Of a DNA stretch of 32,600 nucleotides, positions 28,125 to 32,600 are shown one piece after another (position 1 is the first letter of the stretch; each line of letters opens with the position of its first letter). The position numbers and the translations under genes are program-made. The notes under the pieces are model-generated. The model was not told the origin of the DNA. It saw only the letters and a list, made by a program, of their open reading frames with translations, and searched no databases. Where the stretch lies: positions 55,154 to 87,753 of the forward strand of contig CAYZRJ010000001.1 of assembly GCA_964480825.1 (NCBI GenBank), in the 5' to 3' direction. The stretch is from an uncultured Candidatus Saccharibacteria bacterium. GTDB taxonomy: Bacteria > Patescibacteriota > WWE3 > UBA101185 > UBA10185.

Positions 28125-28810
28125 ACTCTTGCGTAAATTAATACATTATCGCTGTTGGTGTAACCTGCAACAACAAGACTTTTTACATCACTAAAAAATT
28201 CCGAAACGTATTCTATAAATATATTAACATCCTCCTGATGATGCTCTCTGTAAATACGGTTAAATATTATCATGCCCTCGGGAGCCACTAGTTTTTTTAA
28301 ATTCCCTATGAAATTGCCCGTTTTTCCCAAATCCGGATATTTTTCACCAACGTAAATGTCTACTATGACAACGTTAAACTGGTTTTCTCTGACATCAAAG
28401 CTACTGGGCTCAATGACAACGCGTAGGGCATCGTCCACAATTACGCGATTATTTGCCACGGCTGAAAGGTTGAAATAGTTGTTAGCAATATCCACCATAG
28501 TCTGATCAATTTCGACGCTTGTCGTTGTAACATCGGGAAATTCTTGGTGTATTAAATGGACTAAGGTCGCACCACCCAAGCCAAGAAGTAAAACTTCGTT
28601 CAAATGAGTAAAATTTTCTTTTAAAAGATGAAGCATTTTTCCCCAATAAAGTTTGTGTGTATGGGGCGAATGGGGACTAATTGATTGGGAAATATTATCA
28701 ACAACAAGTCTTCGAACGTCTCCGAATTCAACGACTTTTATGTTTCCGTTATATTTTGATTCGGTCTCGTATATTACTTTTGGCGACAGCAATCCTGTGA
28801 AAATGTTCAC
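28121..28810 (-). CDS. Class I SAM-dependent methyltransferase, spermidine-synthase-like fold
   Basis: VLLLGLGGAT, VEID, VDDA, VVIVDIY motifs; GTG start; ATGA overlap with uppP. Confidence 0.8.
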   Translation of the reverse strand: MNIFTGLLSPKVIYETESKYNGNIKVVEFGDVRRLVVDNISQSISPHSPHTHKLYWGKMLHLLKENFTHLNEVLLLGLGGATLVHLIHQEFPDVTTTSVEIDQTMVDIANNYFNLSAVANNRVIVDDALRVVIEPSSFDVRENQFNVVIVDIYVGEKYPDLGKTGNFIGNLKKLVAPEGMIIFNRIYREHHQEDVNIFIEYVSEFFSDVKSLVVAGYTNSDNVLIYARV

Positions 28811-28816
28811 AAAAGG

Positions 28817-28825
28817 ATTATATCA
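28817..28825 (-). promoter_or_regulatory. Extended -10 promoter, probably giving a leaderless transcript
   Basis: TGaTATAAT ending 6 nt before the GTG start. Confidence 0.6.
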
Positions 28826-28851
28826 GTTATCTTTAGGTAAATAACTAAATA

Positions 28852-28885
28852 AAATCCCCACATACTTTGCAGTGTGCGGGGATTT
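28852..28885. terminator. Terminator-like hairpin after the 80-aa orphan
   Basis: AAATCCCC-ACATAC...GTGTG-C-GGGGATTT. Confidence 0.65.
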
Positions 28886-28895
28886 CTGGCGAGAA

Positions 28896-29138
28896 TCACA
28901 GTGTACGTATAACTTCGCCAGCAGAATTTTTAATGGATCCTATGACGTCGGGTTGATCCTGATAAGGCCATGGTAACGATTTGAAGATTAGACCGACGCG
29001 TTCGCCAAGAGTTAAGTTTGCTTTAGCGGGAACAACTACGCGTCTGTCTGAGGCCAAAGTAATCGTCTTATAACCCAAAAAAGGATCCGCTATGTGCGAA
29101 ACCGTGTCCTGTGCGTCCGGAACGAAATTAGCTGCCAT
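28896..29138 (-). CDS. Hypothetical protein (80 aa)
   Basis: AAAAGGAG-6 nt-ATG, directly after serS, followed by a hairpin. Confidence 0.75.
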   Translation of the reverse strand: MAANFVPDAQDTVSHIADPFLGYKTITLASDRRVVVPAKANLTLGERVGLIFKSLPWPYQDQPDVIGSIKNSAGEVIRTL

Positions 29139-29170
29139 TGTAGTCTCCTTTTCTATATAGTCGTATTGTA

Positions 29171-30451
29171 CTATAGGATCACATTTCGGTCAATAACATC
29201 AAAACCCGTGTATGGCCTTAAAACCTCGGGTATAACAATAGAACCATCTTTTTGCTGATAATTCTCCATGACGGCGGCAACCAAACGGGGTGTGGCCACA
29301 ACAGTATTGTTAAGCGTACTTACAAACTTTAACTCACCTTTGCTATCTCGGTATTTCATATTTAATCTTCGCGATTGAAAATCCAAAAAGTACGAATCAG
29401 AATGTGTTTCGCGATAAGTAGCTTGACCGGGAAACCAAGTTTCGACATCATATTTTTTTCGTTGCATAGCACCCATGTCACCCGTGCACATTAGTAACAC
29501 TCGATACGGCAAGTCAAGATTATGCAAAATGGTTTCTACATAACCCAACATTTTGTCGTGCCATTCCCGCGATATTTCTTCACCTTCGGGAACTAAGACA
29601 ACCTGCTCAACTTTATTAAAGTAATGAATTCGAAAGATTCCCTTGGAATCTTTCCCATAACTTCCGACTTCACGTCTGAAGCAGGGGCTAAGTCCGACCA
29701 TTTTTACCGGTAAATCTTTTTCTTCTAATATTTCGTCTGCGTAGTATGAGGTTAAAGATACTTCTGCCGTGCCGATTAAAGCCCGGTCGTCTTGGGTTTT
29801 GTAGTGATCCTCAATTCCCCACGGAAAATATCCTGTTCCTATCATATATTTTTTGTCTACCATTACAGGAACGCTCATCGGCGTAAAACCTTCTTTAACC
29901 ATGAAGTCTAATGCATAACGTAACAAAGCTTGCTCCAGTAACATTCCGGCTCCGGTTAAAAAGTATCCTCTAAAACCGGCGATTTTTGTACCACGTTTGG
30001 TATCAATAATGTTTAATTTTTCTCCAAGCTCAAAATGTTCTTTGACGATGAAATCAAATTTTTTTGGTTCGCCTACTTTTCGCAATATTACGTTTTCGGT
30101 TTCATCCTTTCCTATTGGAACGTCCGACGCGGGTACATTAGGAACCCACAATAATAGTTCGTCTATCTTGTCCTTAAGTTCTTTGAGTTCTTTTTCCCAA
30201 ACTTGAAGATCCTCTTTAACTCTTTTCGCCTCTTCGAGCAATTTAGTCTTTTCCTTCTTTTCAAGTGTGATAACTCCTTTTGAAAGGTTATTTTTTAATC
30301 CGCGATGAGTTTCAACTTTTTTTAGTAAATCTATGTATTTGTCGTATGTATCAACCAAAACGTCTACATCAACCGTTCCAACTAACTGTTTATCGATTAC
30401 CGCCTTTTTTATAATGTCTTTATTTTCCTTTATGTACCTTATATCCAACAT
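29171..30451 (-). CDS. serS: Serine--tRNA ligase
   Basis: MLDIRYI start at 30451; GTAEV, CFRREVGSYG, TLNNT..ATPR, ENYQ. Confidence 0.98.
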   Translation of the reverse strand: MLDIRYIKENKDIIKKAVIDKQLVGTVDVDVLVDTYDKYIDLLKKVETHRGLKNNLSKGVITLEKKEKTKLLEEAKRVKEDLQVWEKELKELKDKIDELLLWVPNVPASDVPIGKDETENVILRKVGEPKKFDFIVKEHFELGEKLNIIDTKRGTKIAGFRGYFLTGAGMLLEQALLRYALDFMVKEGFTPMSVPVMVDKKYMIGTGYFPWGIEDHYKTQDDRALIGTAEVSLTSYYADEILEEKDLPVKMVGLSPCFRREVGSYGKDSKGIFRIHYFNKVEQVVLVPEGEEISREWHDKMLGYVETILHNLDLPYRVLLMCTGDMGAMQRKKYDVETWFPGQATYRETHSDSYFLDFQSRRLNMKYRDSKGELKFVSTLNNTVVATPRLVAAVMENYQQKDGSIVIPEVLRPYTGFDVIDRNVIL

Positions 30452-30476
30452 TGTTGCAATTCCTATCTGTAATGGT

Positions 30477-30505
30477 AATATAGATTTCGAATCTCGAAAA
30501 GTCAA
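30477..30505 (-). promoter_or_regulatory. Sigma70-type promoter for serS
   Basis: TTGACT-17 nt-TATATT. Confidence 0.65.
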
Positions 30506-30563
30506 CGAAAAGTGGCTGTTTAGCCCGGCCGACAGTAACATAAAAATCCTCAAAAAGACTTCA

Positions 30564-30592
30564 TTGACCTCTTCCGGAGGTTTTGGTAAAAT
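30564..30592 (+). promoter_or_regulatory. Sigma70-type promoter for the infA-alpha operon
   Basis: TTGACC-17 nt-TAAAAT with extended -10 TG. Confidence 0.7.
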
Positions 30593-30665
30593 CGTCGGCG
30601 TTAAGTCTTTTGCCGATTGGGTTACCTTTAAAAGGTAAACGATAAAAAAAGGACAAAAAGATTAA

Positions 30666-30893
30666 ATGAGCACAAAAGATACAATTATAAAAGACGGTAA
30701 AGTATTAGAAGCTTTAATGAGCGGTCTTTTTAGAATTGATATCGATGACAGCGAAGATAAGACAGAGGTATTCGGTGTCTTATCGGGAAAAATGAGGAAA
30801 TTTAAAATAAGAATTTTACCCGGAGACCGCGTGAAGATAGAATTCTCACCACACGATTTGACAAGAGGAAGAATTTCTTACAGGTATAGATAA
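30666..30893 (+). CDS. infA: Translation initiation factor IF-1
   Basis: SGKMRKFKIRILPGDRVKIEFSPHDLTRGRI. Confidence 0.98.
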   Translation: MSTKDTIIKDGKVLEALMSGLFRIDIDDSEDKTEVFGVLSGKMRKFKIRILPGDRVKIEFSPHDLTRGRISYRYR

Positions 30894-30923
30894 GCAAGCT
30901 TGCGCCGCGTAACGGCATAAAAT

Positions 30924-31040
30924 ATGAAAGTTCGTTCGTCAATAAAACCTATTTGCAGAGAGTGCAAAGTAATTAAAAGGAAGGGTGTGCTAAGAGTTAT
31001 CTGCAAACGAAGCCCAAAGCATAAACAAAGACAAGGATAA
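30924..31040 (+). CDS. rpmJ: 50S ribosomal protein bL36 (not in the ORF track)
   Basis: Hand translation [38 protein letters not shown]; CxxC..C..H zinc ribbon. Confidence 0.98.
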   Translation: MKVRSSIKPICRECKVIKRKGVLRVICKRSPKHKQRQG

Positions 31041-31042
31041 TT

Positions 31043-31429
31043 ATGGCAAGACTTGCGGGCGTAGACATTCCAAACGATAAAAGGATAGAAATAGCTCTAA
31101 CTTACATTTATGGAATAGGTTTAACTTTATCCAAAAAGATTTTAAACGAAGCTAAGGTTGATTACAACAAAAGAACAAAAGATTTAAACGAAAGTGACAT
31201 CGCTGCAATTCAAGGGGCAATCACTAAAGCTGAATTAGCAATCGAAGGAGAGCTCAGAAGAAAAGTCCATCAAAACATAAGGCGTTTACAAGAAAACGGT
31301 AGTTATAGAGGTCATAGACACAAGATCGGACTTCCGGTGAGAGGTCAACGAACAAAATCTAACGCCAGAACACGAAAAGGTAAAAAGAAAACTGTAGGAG
31401 GGCAGAAAAAGAAACTCGCTAAGAAATAG
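31043..31429 (+). CDS. rpsM: 30S ribosomal protein uS13
   Basis: [27 protein letters not shown]. Confidence 0.99.
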   Translation: MARLAGVDIPNDKRIEIALTYIYGIGLTLSKKILNEAKVDYNKRTKDLNESDIAAIQGAITKAELAIEGELRRKVHQNIRRLQENGSYRGHRHKIGLPVRGQRTKSNARTRKGKKKTVGGQKKKLAKK

Positions 31430-31454
31430 CGCTTCGCGCTCGACCTTCGGTCTA
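31427..31454 (+). repeat. Stop-codon-anchored double hairpin (rpsM to rpsK)
   Basis: T-AGCGC-TTC-GCGCT-C-GACC-TTC-GGTC-TA, starting at the rpsM TAG. Confidence 0.8.
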
Positions 31455-31472
31455 GATGCTTTAAAGAAATAT

Positions 31473-31853
31473 ATGGTACTAATTAAAAAGAAAAAAGATT
31501 TAAAAAATATAACAAGCGGAAGAGTTTATATAGCCGCAGGCTTTAATAATACATTGATTACAATAACCGATACCGAAGGAAATACACTAGCAACAGGTAG
31601 CGCCGGGAAAGCCGGTTTTAAAGGTTCGAGAAAATCAACTCCTTACGCGGCAACTAAAGCCACCGAAGCAGTCGCATCAAAAGCCGCGCAGGCAGGTTTA
31701 AAAGAAGTTTCGGTTGTTGTAAAAGGCCCAGGTCTTGGTAGAATTTCTGCGATTAAAGCCTTAAGAACAGCGGGTTTAAATGTTATATCTATTTCGGATA
31801 CTACGCCGATCCCGCATAATGGTTGTAGACCAAAAAAGAGGAGAAGGATTTAA
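31473..31853 (+). CDS. rpsK: 30S ribosomal protein uS11
   Basis: [33 protein letters not shown]. Confidence 0.99.
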   Translation: MVLIKKKKDLKNITSGRVYIAAGFNNTLITITDTEGNTLATGSAGKAGFKGSRKSTPYAATKATEAVASKAAQAGLKEVSVVVKGPGLGRISAIKALRTAGLNVISISDTTPIPHNGCRPKKRRRI

Positions 31854-31865
31854 ATTAATTAAAAT

Positions 31866-32468
31866 ATGTCACGTGAATCCGGACCAAAATGTAGAATGTG
31901 CCGAAGAGAAGGCACTAAACTGTATCTCAAAGGTACGAAATGCGAGAGTGATAAATGCACTTTGACTAAACGCAACCATGCTCCGGGACAACACGGCACA
32001 TCACGAAAAACCCTTTCTGAATACGGCCGACAGTTAAGAGAAAAGCAAAAAGCCAAAAGAATCTACGGAATAATGGAAGCTCAATTTAAAAACTATGTCA
32101 ACAGCTCACTTAGATCCGAAGGTGTTACCGGAGAGGTCTTAATGCAAAAATTGGAGAGTAGATTGGATAACATGGTTTATCGAAGCGGATTTGCAGTTTC
32201 AAGAGGACAGGCCAGACAGCTTATCAGACAAGGTATGTTTTTGGTAAATGATAAATCCGTAAATATTCCTTCACAAACTCTAAAACCCGGAGATGTAATA
32301 AAACCGGTAAGTTTTGATAGAATTCACCTAAGAGAAGCTTTCGTTATGCCAGAATGGCTCGAAGCTAATGTAAAAGAGAAGTTAGTTAAATTTGGCAAGC
32401 TTCCTACTCAGGAAGACATACATGAAAGAATAGATTTGCCGCTCATTATCGAGTTCTATTCAAGATAA
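31866..32468 (+). CDS. rpsD: 30S ribosomal protein uS4, zinc-binding type
   Basis: CRMCRREG..C...KC, QLREKQK, LESRLDN, IEFYSR. Confidence 0.99.
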   Translation: MSRESGPKCRMCRREGTKLYLKGTKCESDKCTLTKRNHAPGQHGTSRKTLSEYGRQLREKQKAKRIYGIMEAQFKNYVNSSLRSEGVTGEVLMQKLESRLDNMVYRSGFAVSRGQARQLIRQGMFLVNDKSVNIPSQTLKPGDVIKPVSFDRIHLREAFVMPEWLEANVKEKLVKFGKLPTQEDIHERIDLPLIIEFYSR

Positions 32469-32505
32469 TTATTTATTTTAGGTGCCCGCACCGCTGAAGA
32501 AAGAT

Positions 32506-32600
32506 ATGCAAATAAACATAGAAAACATCAAAATCACACCAATCAAAGAGGATAAAACCTCGGGTGTATATAGCATTGATCCTTTGCCAACCGGCTTTGG
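32506..32600 (+). CDS. rpoA: RNA polymerase alpha subunit, 5' end only
   Basis: MQINIENIKITPIKEDKTSGVYSIDPLPTGF resembles the PL..GFG motif; follows rpsD; truncated by the window. Confidence 0.85.
   Translation, partial: MQINIENIKITPIKEDKTSGVYSIDPLPTGF

Noticed and set aside
7296-30553. Apparent N-terminal extensions on rpsC, rplC, tuf, rpsL and serS
   Set aside because: Longest-ORF artefacts; family-typical starts lie downstream, and the extensions overlap neighbouring genes or promoters.
31456-31464. Mini-ORF ATG-CTT-TAA just after the rpsM double hairpin
   Set aside because: It sits where the next start codon lies in other copies, but a two-codon ORF cannot be distinguished from chance.
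121-32056. Many 60-200 aa antisense or out-of-frame ORFs in the track (e.g. 17524-18126, 11172-11618, 20793-21218)
   Set aside because: They overlap well-conserved genes, have no recognisable motifs and are the expected shadows of codon bias.
1-32600. Alternative genetic code, inteins, introns or mobile elements
   Set aside because: TGA ends genes at their expected C-termini, the large genes are uninterrupted and of normal or reduced length, and no transposase or integrase is present.

Overview
This window is the core translation/transcription supercluster of a low-GC, genome-reduced bacterium using genetic code 11. It is most likely Patescibacteria/CPR, inferred from the missing rpmD/uL30, very tight gene packing and sparse Shine-Dalgarno use. 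The minus strand carries rpoB-rpoC-rpsL-rpsG-fusA-tuf-rpsJ, the S10 and spc genes, then secY-ybaB-adk. The middle holds lepB, a TMTC-like GT-C/TPR membrane protein, secA, uppP, a SAM methyltransferase, serS and two small orphan ORFs. At the right end, infA-rpmJ-rpsM-rpsK-rpsD-rpoA(partial) lie on the plus strand. No rRNA, tRNA, CRISPR or transposase was seen. The most notable unexplained signal is a recurring ~30-nt GC-rich double hairpin at ribosomal-protein gene junctions. Its first stem pairs with, and covaries with, the upstream stop codon. Also notable: rpsJ is bracketed by two terminator-like hairpins, uL3 has lost an internal segment of ~60-65 aa, and uS12 carries streptomycin-resistance-type residues. 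All comparisons to reference proteins are from memory; no searches were run.
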